DNA of 64,000 bases from Octopus sinensis (taxonomy: Eukaryota), in contig NC_043019.1 of the NCBI RefSeq assembly GCF_006345805.1, positions 9,733,360 through 9,797,359 on the forward strand. The letters run 5' to 3'. Shown piece by piece: positions 13,368 to 27,989 of the stretch (the first letter of the stretch is position 1; each line of letters starts with the position of its first letter). The position numbers and the translations under genes are program-made. The notes below the pieces were generated by a model, which was not told the DNA's origin, did not search any database, and was given only the letters and a program-made list of their open reading frames with translations.

Positions 13368-14429
13368 TAATGTGTATGAAAAAGAAATGGGACGAAATAA
13401 CTAAGGAATTGAGAAAAAAAATTTGCTTTTATTTTATTATTTAATTTCCTTTTAATTTATTTTGTTTGTAATTTATTTTATGACTACTGAGTGTGTGCTC
13501 ACATATGTATGAACATATGTGCATACACACCTACTTATGTGTGTTTTCAATTTTTTATTTATTTCTTTTTTTTTTGCTTCATTTTTCATTGGCATAGTTT
13601 TACTCATGGTTTTAAAAAAATCATTATTATTATGGTAGCAAATGGTAGAACTGATGGGACACTGGACAGAATGTCTTGTGATATTTAGTTTTGTGTCTTA
13701 GTTCTAATTTAAACACTACCAGAATAAAAAAAAATTAAATTTCATCCTTCAGGGCTCAATGAAATTATGTCTTGGTCAATTACTGGGTTTGATCTAATCT
13801 ACTATACTGTACCACATTGCCATCAACACTTGTAGCCCTGTAGTTATATAAGGAATCATTATTCTTAAAAAAGGTTGTGAATTCTATACAGAATGTCACA
13901 TGGCAATTAGCAAATTCTCTTTATAGTCTGAGTTCAAATCTTTCACACTTGCAGCCATCTTAGTTTGTCTGTTAAGTAGGCAAGATAGGTAAATCAATAA
14001 GATGCCCAGCAAACTGGTCAATGCCTGTGGCCCTAGACACACTTATCAATAGGCAATCTTTATGTTGCTACTACACTGTATTAAAGTTATAATCAGTGGC
14101 CCCACTATCATATTGATGAGTATTTAGTTTAAATTTGCATGGTGATTTCAAGTTCACCAGTATGCCTTAACACGATAATAGGGAAAGCAGCACAGTAAGA
14201 GGGTGCACTGATAAGTTGCATCAATAATACAAATGAGGTAATGAATTGTTTTTTTCTGGTTCTATAACAGAATACCAGTAATCAGTTCAATTAGTAATTG
14301 GTAGAAAGTATCAAGTCTACACTTCTGCTTATCTTCAAGTATGCAACTTCACCAGCTACATATGAAATTGAACCTGCTATTTGCTTGTCTTTTCATTGTT
14401 CTTTACATTATTGCTACCATTAAGAACAT

Positions 14430-14610
14430 TGAGGTAACAAGTGGTCATGCAACTTGTTAGAAATAATAGCCAGTTCTCCCTCAAATCATACCACATTGTC
14501 TTAAAGAAAGGACATTATGTAATGCAGTCTTACACATTCCTAAAAAGACAAGATGGGAATAGCTAGAATATCATTGATTATAGGTTTTCTCAGTCAGGGT
14601 GGACCTGAAG
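14430..14610 (+). mobile_element. interspersed repeat (family also at about 28490-28640 and, probably, in the 4501 fold-back arm)
   Basis: Shared ttagaaataatagcc...ctccctcaaatcataccac motif. Confidence 0.5.
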
Positions 14611-14948
14611 CTTCCCATCATCTGCACACCCTGTATGCTGAATTATACTCTTAGAATGTAGGAAAATGCATGTTACAGCTTTAATCTCTTCCCATTCTTC
14701 TTCTCTTCTTATATATCATCTTTCATTATTTTAATTTTTCTCACTTTTTGTTATGTTTTATTTCTAATTATATATATATATATATATATTCTTATTTCTT
14801 TTTTTTATAACACATTTTTTTTATTAAAAGAAAAATAAATGATTAAAAAAAGACATAAAATTAAAGAAAAAGCCAGCATGAGTATTCAATGTGTTTCTTG
14901 CACCGTTCACCTGGGTGATGAGACTAGATTTCTTACCTTTCTTTCCAG

Positions 14949-15002
14949 GGTTATGAAGGGTCACTGTTAAAGGTCACCAACAAAAATGGCAAAAACACTT
15001 CT
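14949..15002 (+). CDS. cpo: couch potato/RBPMS-family RRM protein, internal exon (GYEGSLLKVTNKNGKNTS), phase 0/0
   Basis: Acceptor tttctttccag and donor gtaagt; 54 nt. The peptide matches the recalled Cpo/RBPMS RRM segment GYEGSLLKVTSK. Confidence 0.95.
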
Positions 15003-16136
15003 GTAAGTACAGTTACTTGCACATTAACATTTCGGTAACTCTGAGATGTGGGATTACAACAAGAAGTAATTAATTAAATCAAGACTGAATTAATTAACCT
15101 CTTTTTTTCCTTCCTGGCAATTATGTTTCCACCACCATCACCACCGCAACCATTCAGATAAACCCATATTAGAGGGAGGATAAAGTTTTCTGGAAGTGAG
15201 TCAGCAAAAAATGGTTTCCTTTTCATGGAGCATTCTACTCTGTCGTTATCATTGGAGGTGGGGATTGAAAGGCATTAATGCTACTACAGCATCTATTTCT
15301 GTACCTCGTTCAAGTTACTGGAGCTGATCCCTTGTTAATCACAAAATTTTAAACATGTAAACCCTGTTTAAAATACACTAGTATAAGGAATAAATGTTTA
15401 TCCTTTATTTACTTATACTTCCCAAATGCACACCCAGTTACCTACTGTGGTGGGATTGCATGTGTGTTTCTGCACAGTTTCAGTTTTGCAATTCCTTGAC
15501 CACTTCTACAACATTCTGTAACTTGACTCCCATATATTTTTAGACCATTTTCTTTACATTGCTGATATTGATGACATCTTCCATATACTCCAGTTTCTGG
15601 GAAGTCATTTAACTTCTGAATAAAGATTGAGTCTCTCTTTTAACAAACTTCCAAATGTCTTTAAAATAAGGTCTACATCAGTCAGTGGCAAAAACATTTC
15701 TGTTGTTGCTTGGCTTGTTCAATGTAGCATTTAAATCTCTCCACAATAAATACCCTGTTGTCATTAAAGCAAGATCTACATGAGACTGTGAAGTAGCCTA
15801 ACATGCTCAGTATAGTAATCAGATATCCTCCTCTACAAATTCTTGATGGTTTTTAAAATTACATACCCAGTGAGATAGAAATTCTGTTTTGCTCTTTGAT
15901 CTGCACAAAGCAGCTATCAAGCTTTTCCTTAAAATTTTTCTAGTTATCTAGAGTTAAAAATCACATAATAATTTTTATCCTTCTCCAAGCATATCTTTGG
16001 AGTTGATTCAATCATCAATACCTACTCTCCCATAAATGTATAACATTTAGTAGAAACTAATAATGTACATGAGGTTAATTAAGTCAGATTAATTATTTCT
16101 TGTTTACTTGCACATTTAGCCTTTTCCTTTTTGCAG

Positions 16137-16201
16137 TTTGCCAGGTTTGTTTTTGCTTCTTTTTCTTTCCTCCTTCACAGGATTCACTTTTGCATGACTG
16201 A
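16137..16201 (+). other. tandem cryptic 3' splice sites leading to premature stops (acceptors before 16137 and 16181)
   Basis: cttttcctttttgcag and ttttctttcctccttcacag. The 16181 acceptor reads DSLLHD*; two TGCATG motifs at 16191 and 16202. Confidence 0.3.
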
Positions 16202-16444
16202 TGCATGAATTATTATTATTTTCTGAACCATGCATTTTCTTTTCCTACCCAAAATTCCTTACCCTTCTCCCCAAAAGATAATATTAAATCAGTAAACCTG
16301 GACCAACCCAATTTGCTTGTCTCAAATATAGTAATTATGACTGGACATGGGATCATTGAATGGAATAACGACAGCAAAAGGAGAGTAAAACTGAAGAGAA
16401 AAACTGGGTAAAAAAATGAAAGAAATTATGTGTGTGTGTGTTTG

Positions 16445-16488
<44 letters not shown>

Positions 16489-16762
16489 ATATAAAATCAG
16501 GAATTAATGTCTGGTAACCAGATTATAAATTTTCCTTTAATTATATTGATATTCTATATTATTTCTTTTAATTTTAATATTTTTCAATTTCTTTACTAAT
16601 TTTATTTTCCAATTAAAAAATATAAAGCAGAAAAGTTGTGTATGTGTATATGTATGTATGTATATGTGTGTGTGTGTGTGTATAATTTTTAAATATGTAG
16701 GCATACATACAGTTATACACACACACACACAGATACACATACATATATGAGTGTATATATGT

Positions 16763-16840
<78 letters not shown>

Positions 16841-19800
16841 TGTTAACATTGGGTTACAACAATACAAACATTGTAAGTTTGTTCGACCATTACAATTCCT
16901 ATTTGATACTGCTTCAATTTATTTTACTAATGATATGATAGAAATAATCCCAGATATTGTTCTCAATCAATTTAAGAGAGACAAATGGCTTTAGCTACAT
17001 TAGCTGGCATGATGCTAGAAGTGATGTAACAGTTTTATTGTAAGGCAGTTTTTTTCATATTTCCCCCTTTTTATTAAATTCTTACTGCCTGTGTATGTAT
17101 ATCAAAATATATATAATGCATTTTTCTTTATCTACTATATTAAAATATTAAACTTATTTGTTTACTCTTACACTAAATATTATTAAATATTTCCATTTCA
17201 AAGTTCAAATTGGTTATTAATCATAAGTGACGTAAGTCAACTAATCAAAAAATTCTAATTACAACTTTTTAAAAGTACAATTTATGAATTTAAATACTCA
17301 ACCAATTTACAAACTCTTGTTGATCTCTGAAAGGCTACACATTCTGGGTTAGAGATTTTTGTTAGGGCATGGGCAGATGAGTAGAATAAAAGTGGTTTGG
17401 ATTTGTTATTTGATTTTCTTGGACTACAGCTGATTATTTACCATCTTAATTTGGACTGGTTATACCTCATGAATAACTGGCATCGGTTGATATTTATTGT
17501 GTCTGCAGTGAACAAGATCTTGAGAAGAAACCATTTCTTCTATACTATGATATGAATGTGATTGAGATTAGCCTCTGGAGTCAAATCTTGAATTACATAC
17601 ACAATACAGAGATAAACCGTACCAGATTCAGAGAGTCGAGTTGTTAAAAATTGATTCGTTAGGAGTCTTCCTACAAAATTCAAAGAGCCTTTCATAAGAT
17701 GTCTCATGAAGCTGTAGTACAACACAATGGTCATAAATCATGTAGAGTACCCAAAAAACATGGTCTCCCATAATGAAATATTTATTTCTTTTTATTTTCA
17801 AGGGTTGACTGTTTATGGTTCTGCACTACAATTTCCTTAAGAGATTATATATCTTTGTACACCTTGTAGAAATTACATGGCTGTATAAGAATTGTTGCAA
17901 CTTAGTTGATGCAGAGGTGCCACCATGTAAAGGAATAAACAGGGGAATTCCAAAAATAGGAGAGATAAGTTAGGCCCTTTCTAATAGAAACACTTGTATC
18001 ACAGCAATGACAGGGGAACAGAAAATGAGAAAATTCATTTGTAGAATTAGTGGAATGAAGGAGATGCTTTTAAGGCCTATTGACAAAGGTACAAGTAAAC
18101 AAGCAGCTTTATAGGGAAAACATCATTGGTTTTCATTTGACACTAATTTTATGATGAAATGCTTTAATTTCTCATGGCTTGCAGGCTACATAGACTTAAC
18201 TTTTGTTAATGTGGTGAAAGCAATTTCCTTTCAGAATTATTTAAAGACCTAAAGTTCAAGGCAATCACCATCAATAATTGCCACCCATTTAATATCATTT
18301 TTGACAAAACTGATACTTTTTATAGTGCTCTCAGAGAAAAGTAAAAATTTGATGTGACTAAAGACTTAAAAATAGGAAAAGACCGTTGATGTAGTTTATG
18401 AAATACCCTGGCTTCTGATATAATACTTTGCATTTTATAGCATAGATAGCTCTTCAAGAGGTTAAATGGTTTTGGATTAGGATATAATTCACAATGTGAA
18501 ATTAAATAGCTTAAGAAATTAATAGATATCAGATTATATTCTCATTATTTTTGTTCAAGGCTAGGTTATTGTGTCAGTTTTGAAAGCAATTCAAAGTGTT
18601 GGTATCATGTTCTGTTTTGTTTCATCACAAACTTAAAAGATTATCCAAATATGTGTAGGTATCTTTAAGATTACTTGATAAATTCCTTAACGACTTGATG
18701 AAACACTGATATACCATTTAAACTCAAAAACCTGATACAAACTCCTTTCCAGGTACTTTAAAAAATGTGTATGGTCTTTCCACAGTTATTATACCAACCT
18801 CATAAGTACTACTTAATCATTTTTGCTATAATACTCATGTTTGGCTATAACATTTACAAGAACATCTATGTAGAGAACTAGATAACAAGGGATAGAGAAA
18901 AATCTACTCCAAGCCTTCTCCTACAGCAATTGCCAGCAGCAAATAAAATCTGAAATGCCTTAGTGAAGTATTTGGTTTCTATAATACCCCACTCTTAAAA
19001 GGTTTGAAATTCCTGAATCTATAAAGTCTATCTTCCACAGTGCATAGGCCAGGTCTAGTTGAAACAGGTTTGCAGTTTAACATGAAGTTTCGAAAACATT
19101 TAGCAGGTTTTCTGGCTCATTGTAGTTGAACTGGATCACAAATTAAAAAAAGAGCTCTGATCCATAAGTAATTACGAATTCTTTATGTAATTTCAAAACA
19201 GATATAAATGAGAATCCCATCTGCACAAAGTTATGGAAAATGTTATGCTTTTATATAATTTATCTTTTATAGGTACTTTAGCCATACAAAATCTATTAAA
19301 TTATTTTGTTAATTAGGAATTATCCCACAGAATATGCTTTATGATATATTTCCAAGTTGAGTTGATTAATTTTTGAGAGATGAAATTTTCTGATGAGCTT
19401 GTATTTATGAGAGTTTCAGTTACTTTACCTTTACCATAGAAAGTCTAAGGGACCCCAAAACAAAGCATACAATTGCCTGAGAAATATTTAGATTGGACAG
19501 CATATGACAATACTTTAGACTGTACGGAAGAAGAGTTACAAGTACCAGAATAGCAGACAATATCCCAGTGCGTACTGTTTTACAATTTGAACAAATGGCA
19601 ATTTTTACCTGGGCATGAAGTACAAAAATGGATCTCTGAGTTGCCTCAGGAAGAGCACATTCTACAAATTTAAGGATTTACTGTGGCAGATTGCCCTAAT
19701 TTTCCATTTACATTTGTCTCATTTAATGCCAGAGGGTCCCATTGAAGCAACATGTAATTGGTTTAATTCTGCTTTAGATTTACTTTCAAAGATCCAGACT

Positions 19801-20956
19801 GATGAAGAGCACTATTTAATGTTAAAGATTTTTTGTTTATTTTTATTAATCAAGTTCTGATAATACTCAAACATATTCTACATATAAAAGGATATTTTAT
19901 AAATGATAATTCATTTTATTCAGCTATTTTAGCCTTAAAATATAAACCTTTAGTCTTTAGCTACTACAATTAAATTTCTATAGAAATTCATCTCTATATT
20001 TAATTATGTATCTTTACATAAACTTCTACCACCTTTATATCATTATCAAAAGTTGTACAATCTTGTATGATGTTTACTGCTTTGTGTCCATTATTTAAGA
20101 ATAAATGTTTGAGCTTGTTAGGATTAAGGTCAAGCTTAATAGTTGCTTAGAAATACTTGAAAACTTTAGCATATAAATAACTTAAATTTCTGACTACACT
20201 GAAAATCTGTTGGCCTGTCAAATTTGTCTTATTAAGCTATCTTGTTAATTTTGGATCAGTAATTGATAACCTTTAAATTGAATAAATTGTTGTGATAAAG
20301 CAAATTCCAGAAATTACCTTTTGATCAAGTTAAAAGAAATAAGTATTCAATCAACTGTCATTATACTGGAAAATGTAAGGAATTGTGTTAGAGTTAAGCA
20401 ACTTTTATCATGATTTTTAATACTTGTGGGAAAGGCATGAATATCATGACATTATATTTTCAAATTTAACATGTATCTATGTATCATACTTTTGTAAGAA
20501 AATGCAGCCAGAAATTCAATGATACAAGTGAAGTGCTTGAAGTTAGATGAGATAAAACCCAAAATCAGATTTGATGATACAACCATTATTTCCATACTGC
20601 CTTATTGTTTCATTGATAGAATGGTTATGACAAGATTATATCAGCTTCTGATACTTGTCAAAATAGCTGTAGTACATGACTTTATTTTAATGTCTATAGA
20701 TTTTGAGTAAAAAGACATTTGAGTGGGTATATATTCTCCAATGTTCTCTAAGTAATCACAACTTATTAAATCAGTATGGATGGTGAAAAGTGATTAATAT
20801 CTTCAAGCATAGTATTTGTTAATTTTAAACAACACCTCACAATTTCCGATTAAATTATTTTTATCAAAATAATTTTTTTAATGTTATTTATTTTTTAAAC
20901 TCATTTATATTCTGTTTTTTCTTTTTGTGTTTTTTTTTTCTCTTCTCCTCCTTTAG

Positions 20957-21019
20957 CCTGTGGGGTTTGTCACCTTTAATTCAAGAGTTGAAGCAGAGGC
21001 AGCTAAACAAGATTTACAG
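20957..21019 (+). CDS. cpo: cpo exon (PVGFVTFNSRVEAEAAKQDLQ; RNP1 and helix 2), phase 0/0
   Basis: Long pyrimidine tract plus tag acceptor, donor gtaaca; 63 nt; continues the previous exon in frame. Confidence 0.95.
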
Positions 21020-22543
21020 GTAACAACAGTGCAGCCTGTTGATTTTTTTTTTCAATTCGTTTTTTAAAATTTACTTTCTTATAATTAATTTTCTTGTTTT
21101 CTCTTAATTTATATTTTACTTATGATTTTTGTTGTAGTTTTTTAAAATCTCTATTAACAATTATTTCTTATTTTTCATTTTGGCCTTTCTTTCTTGCTTA
21201 CATTTCATCTTTAAAGTGTGCTTATTTAATAATGGAAAATAGATTATCATGCAAATTGTGAAATTGTGACATTGTTGAATTTACCTTTAATTTTCTTGGA
21301 TCCAAAAAATTGTACCAGTCAAATACTGGAGTGAATTTGTTCAGCTCAAACTTGTGGCTTTGTGCAAATATTCAAAATCATTATTACAAAATAAGTCCTG
21401 CAGATGGCAGAGTTGGTTGAGCATTGAATAAATGTCATGTGGTAATTAACTGCATTCTCTTATGTCCTGATTTCAATTCTTGCCAAGGTAAACTTTATTT
21501 TTAATCATTACTGGGTTGATTAAATAACAACCAGTTTAGTACTAGAGCTTGTTTAACTGACTGAACTTCACCTTCAAATCTGTGGTCTTTTTCCTCTGTT
21601 AGGAATTATTATAAAATTAATGGAGGTAATGATCAGCAGAAATGTTAAAGAACTAGATTATTACTTTATACCATTTTATTACACCTTTTTATGTCTTGTG
21701 TTTCAAACCCACCAGAGTTTTTTGCTTTTTATCCCTCATTCATCCGAGAAGTTTATACATTATGTACCAGTATTGTACTAGAATTCTTTTCAACTGTTTT
21801 TCCTTTCAACAAGTGTGTAGCATTGTACCAATGTCAGGTATCGATTCTATAAACTAAATTACCTTTAGTTAGTTTCTACTTTTATTAACACCCTCATGTT
21901 CTAAGTTCTGCTGCTAAAGGTAATATTGCATTTCATTGAATTAAAGTGTGTGTGTGTGTGTGTGTGCACGTACGTACATGTGTGTATGTGTTTGTGTGTG
22001 CTTATGTAAAATATACATAGAGCTCTTGTGGAATCAACTTAACATATATCAATTAAGCTTAGATTACTACACTTTCATCAGCTTCTAATAGAAATAATTT
22101 GTCGAGAGGTTGCAAACATCTTTTTAAAATTACCTCAGATAACATTCAGTATTTGAATTCAATGGGGTCAGCTTGTCAAAATTTTTTTTAAATAAAGACA
22201 ATGCAAATTGGAGAGGCACTTGTCTTTAAAGCCAAATGGTAGATGCAACAAACTTATTTCTGTAATATTACATTTCCTCAGAGAAAAAAATTCTACTCAG
22301 ATAACAAAACTTAGAAGTGATCAGCATAGATATAAAAATGGAGAGAATACAGTGACACAGATTAAGACTTTCAACAATATGGCTGGTTGGTTGGGTGGAG
22401 AATCTCTGAGAGGCTTTCTTCGTATTAAATACAAATCTTGTAGGGTCTTACATATGTTATATGATGAGTTGAAAGTCTTCAATTAACTGAAAAAAATTCT
22501 TTCTCTCTTCCTTCTTGTGTTTATATAGGTGCATGTGTGTATG

Positions 22544-22592
<49 letters not shown>

Positions 22593-25230
22593 GGTTATAT
22601 ACTATTTATAGTCCTTTATCTAAAAAATAATATTGATTATATTTATCATGGATCGATACTCAATCCTTATGCTTTTGTTTATCTTATTTTATTTTATTTC
22701 CCGAGTTCTTCCTTTCATGATATATGTAAATAACGACATTTACTTGTTAGTTACTGTGAATAATCCTTATTTAAGTAACTTCAAATTTGGCTACTTCTAA
22801 AAAAACTTAGTAATATTTTGATATCCATTACTATATCTATGGGATAATGTGGGTTGTAGTTATCACAGTTCTAAGTCTTTGCTCATATTTTTTACAGAAT
22901 TCTTCCTCTGATAAACTACTTGAATATAGAACATTTGTTAGTTACTCTATATCAATAACTTTAAATAAAAGAGAAGACTCATTATATTAATATAATACTA
23001 TATTATCATTTATGTAATTTTTTTTGTGTAATTATAAAAAAATGCAAAGTATTGCATATAAATAAATCATTAGCTGTAATACTAGAAGTAGGTTTTTTTT
23101 TTCGAACGTGCATCAGCACATTTAGAGAATAAGTATTTATTTACATGGTTTATTACCATCTCTAGATTAAGTAAGACCCTGACACTTAATTCATTTATAT
23201 ACATATATAATATTATTGTTGTTTGCTATTAAAATAGCCAAAGATTATCTTCAAACTAAATAAATATGGATTTATAGTATTTGAGATATATACAAATATA
23301 TTTCAATAGTTGTAGATTTACTTAATTATTTTGTCCATTATATTTTTTTTTAATTGTACTTAACACTCACACTCCTAAAGATTAGTATTTGAATCATTTT
23401 TTTTTTTTGCAATCTGGCCGTCTTTTCACATGGAATTTTGTCTGTCTTTTGAACCAAAACCTTGAAGAGACTTATATACATGGATATGAATTGTTTATAA
23501 ATCAAATAATGTATATAAGTCAAAACAAATTGTTGGCTTTTTTGGTTTTTTAATGATTTTTTTAATGTTATCTCATATTATATTATATTCATAGTATATG
23601 ATGTTTTACACACTCCTTTGAAGGAATTTCTTTCCTTAGTCTGTTACTTTATATATATATATATATATACCTTATAATTCTTCCAAAATGAACAGAATAT
23701 GCTTTGCTGAGGAAATCTGTCTGCTACTTTCACCTGTTGATTTTAAAAACAAAATCCACTCTCATCTGAACCAGCTTTATTTTTGAACAATTACAACTAT
23801 TTAAATTATCAGCCATAACTCCCTTATCTGGATGATTTGTGTACTAACTGAACTAATAATTTCAATTAAAAAATCATAATTTTTCAACTCATGTTAAAAT
23901 GTGAGATTCTTTTCTATGTGTAATTGGTATGCAGAACTTTTCCCTAAGGTATTTTCTCTCGGATAAATTTCCTATTGTTGGTGTTTGAGAATATGGTGGA
24001 GCTTGTGCTATATAGGATCTTCCTTGGGAACTAGCTTAAAAATAACACAAAACCATAAGTTGTTTTCATATCCTTTGCATTGTTCCTTCAATGATACATT
24101 TCATTTTATCATGTTGGTGTTCTAGAAAGTTAGCATCACATTTTTGTTATTTAAAAATTTCTGTTCATTTACCTAGAAGTGATTACTTATAGAACTCAAT
24201 GCAAACATATAAAGTATTCAGTAATACATTAAAAGTGAAAGGCTCTAAATTGCCAGAGCTCTGAATTTTACATTTCTACTCTTTCAGCTTGTAGTCTGAT
24301 CCATTTTTCTCTTTAATTATCCAAAGTTTTTCTGATAGCCTCTGTTCAATATTCAAAAATTTATTGAAACATCAATAAGTCGAGAGAAAACAAGCTCAGA
24401 TTACCAACTGAAAGAGCAGGAATGTGAAACTTAGGGCATGGGATATTTCTAGACTTTCAGTTGTAACGTGTATGAGTGTGTATTAAAAATATTTCAACAT
24501 ATATATGTAAATGTATGATTTTGCATTGTTTGTGTATATGTGTATGTGTTTTACTAATTACAAAATAATTTACTACTTCATTAATAAAAGTTAACAAAAA
24601 AGTAATAAGAATCAAAACACAAAAACTCAACACACCTCCACCCAATAATATTCATTCAGTATGGATTTTATACATCTATTTTCTCTTGTTATTTTTCAGT
24701 CCACCTGAAGAAACAATATGGTCAGCATTATTGAAACTCATTATTGGCTTTTTAACGTTGTTCCATAAAGTTTCTATACCAGTAAGCTTATTTGCCAGAG
24801 CAGCCCAACAACTGAAATTGGGAAAATGGTGACCTACCCTCTCCCCCACCAAATCTTATATTTTAAATATATATTTTTAGAAGATGACATAGAAAGTGGA
24901 ATAATTATAATTATGATGATGACGATGATGACAATAATAATAATAATAATAAAATATAATTTAAAGTGAGAAATGAAAAGATTTTGGCCATTGAAGGAGA
25001 GAACTGTATTTCTTGTTGTTGAACCCTAGAAAGTATGAAGCTCACAAACAAACCAAATCGAAAGGATAGGAGTAAATGTGAAAGCAGAGCAAATATAGAA
25101 AATTTGCATTGCTTGGAACCACATAAATTGTTAACAAAGTTATTGAAATCTGAATGAAGAGCCTTGCTTTAGTCCACTGGTTGTTGAAGGTTGACAACAC
25201 CTATTACATCCCCCGGCAAAGATGTTCTGT

Positions 25231-25299
<69 letters not shown>

Positions 25300-25439
25300 G
25301 TGATGATGATTTTAATAATACAACAGTTACTTTAAAAATATATATTTCCTTTTTTTTACCTTGTGCAATTTAAAAGATAATTATTGTTTTTTCTTTGTTT
25401 CTACCCCCACCTCTTACATGATCTAATATTAAGATAAAT

Positions 25440-27183
25440 ATTTTGAGTTTGAATTTCACAAGTGTTGGCTTTCCCTTTCATCTTTCTAGGATCAATAAAT
25501 CAAAGTAGCAGTCTGGTACAGAGCAAATTTAATCAACTGTATTCTATCTTGAAAAGTGTGTGACCTTGTGTCTCTCTTAGATATTATTCTTATTAATGCT
25601 GGTGATGTGATGGAAGCAGTAGATGGTCAACCTCAATGCTGACTGGCTGAATGGTATTTAGTTAAATCTCTTAACATTCAGAGAACCAATCCACCCAAGG
25701 TGAACCTTGACTTTTGTCCTCTCTGAGGTTAATAAAAGATGTAGTTCCAAGGAAGTATAAGGGTTAACTAAATTGATAGTACCTAATCCCTGAAATAGCG
25801 TGATTTTATGCCTCAAAAGTAATCCAGGTCCTTGTGGTCTATAAAAGAAGTGGATTGGCAAAACCATCCAAGCATTGAACAAATGCTTAGTTCTGTTTAG
25901 TTATGACCCTTTGATTCTGAATTTGTATCTGATCAAGGTTGACCATGCGTTTCAACTCTTTGATAAATAAAGTACCAGTTGAGTACTGGGGATTGATGTT
26001 TTAGTGAAGAGTCAACATGAATCCTGTGTCCCTGTTTGTGTTAAGGTGCATGTAGTGGTGTGACAAACAACATCAAGTTGAAGTTAAACAGCCAAGTTTT
26101 TATAACAGTGTTCATACAAAAGTGAATGTGAACAAACAAGAGTTGTACGAACATAGTTACATCTGATGTGATTGAAGCTGAAACATTAGAGAGTAAGAAA
26201 TGTGCCTGCAACATAATGCAGTAGCAGTAATGGCCAAAGGCGAAGCAAGCTAGTTGTCCTCACTGGCTGTGTTTGTTGACAAGCAGCCTGCCTAGAAGGG
26301 GTAGCAGCAAACAAGAGAAAGATTCGTTGTCCCTCTAGGGTTTTTATACCTCCCTAGCAGAAGTGCCATTGCAGCGCCACCTAGTGACAACAGAATGAGG
26401 AAGCATAACTCTGCCCTATTCCTTTTAGTCCTTATGGCCCTTGCTACAATGTAATCTATTAAATCCCTCCCCTCAAATTTGCTGGCCCTGTGCCAAAATC
26501 AGAAACCCTTGTTATTATTATCATTATTATTATTATTATTATTATTATTCAGATGGCAGAATCATTAGTGCATTTGACAAAATGTTTAGTGGCATATTTC
26601 TAGCTCTTAACCTTCTGAGTTCAAATCTCACAAGGGTTGACATTGTTTTTTGGATAAAAGGACAAAAAAATATATGCTACCAGTCAAGAAACAGTGTCAC
26701 TGTTTTCAATTTGTCCCCTCCCTTCAAAATTGCAAGCCTTGTACCAAAATTATCATTTTTATCATAATGGGGAGCACAACAGGCATTTCTTCTGGCTTTT
26801 TATCTTCTGAGTTCAAAGCCTGCCTTTCATCCTTTCAGGGTTAACAAAGTAAGGATCATTTGGACACTATGGTACATGTCAGCAATTAGCTCCCCCACAC
26901 GATACAGAAATTTCAGACTTTTTACCTAGAATAGAAAGGATTATTATTATTATTATTATTATTATATTATTATTATAATTATGAGCTGGCAGGATCGTTA
27001 GCATGCTGGACAAGATAGTGGCATTTCGTCTGTCTGTGCATTCTGAGTTCAAATTCTGCTGAGGTTAACTTTACCTTTCATACTTTCAGGGTTGGTAAAA
27101 TAAGTACCAGTTGAACATTGAGGTTGATTATATCAACTTTCCCCTCCCTAAAATTGCTGGCCTTGAGCCCAGATTTTAAGCCA

Positions 27184-27190
<7 letters not shown>
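25440..27190 (+). mobile_element. cluster of at least 7 co-oriented SINE copies (gagctggcagaatc...ttctgagttcaaat...ctttcatccttt family)
   Basis: Copies at about 25440, 25660, 25880, 26445, 26550, 26780 and 26980, several ending in (ATT)n tails. Confidence 0.8.
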
Positions 27191-27233
<43 letters not shown>

Positions 27234-27283
27234 TAATAATATAATAAAAGAATTTATTATTATTATTATTATCATTATTATTA

Positions 27284-27332
<49 letters not shown>

Positions 27333-27343
27333 CATTATTATTA

Positions 27344-27383
<40 letters not shown>

Positions 27384-27400
27384 CATCATCATCATCATAG
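27185..27400. repeat. (ATT)n/(ATC)n microsatellite; similar array at 29770-29965 and (ACT)n at about 27640-27800
   Basis: Direct reading. Confidence 0.95.
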
Positions 27401-27751
27401 AGAAGTAAATAGATTAGTGTAGATGGTGAGAGTAGGCCCTGTCTCCTCTCCTGGATCATAACTCCTATGTTCATATTCTTCTACAAGTATCATAGAACAT
27501 ATTTAAGCAGAACATTAAACCATCCCATACCCAGCAGAAAAAAAAAAACATAAACAGGAAGAAAATCAAATCAAAAACAGCAATGAAGGAAAGTAATTTA
27601 AATAAATTCATCATTGAATTTAATGCATAGATTTATTACTATTACTACTACTACTACTACTACTACAATTACTACTACTACTACTAGCACTATTGCCACT
27701 AGCACCATCACCACTACTACTACACCACACTGTTGTAACTGCTGCCACAGC

Positions 27752-27790
<39 letters not shown>

Positions 27791-27945
27791 ACTATTAGAC
27801 TTACTACTAATGGTAGTATTATTACTATATTATTACCATGAATAGGAATTATAATGATTATTATTTATACTATGAGTGTAGCTACTGTTGTTGCTCTTGT
27901 TCATGTTGTTACCATGACTACCTCTGCTACTTCAACATTCAATGC

Positions 27946-27989
<44 letters not shown>

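Noticed and set aside
14915-15044. C box (GTGATGA) and D box (CTGA) suggesting a snoRNA
   Set aside because: The boxes straddle a coding exon and there is no terminal stem.
15200-20500. Possible decayed transposase or coding relics (about 15500-15900, 17330-17760, 19500-19860)
   Set aside because: No recognisable motif could be read in any frame.
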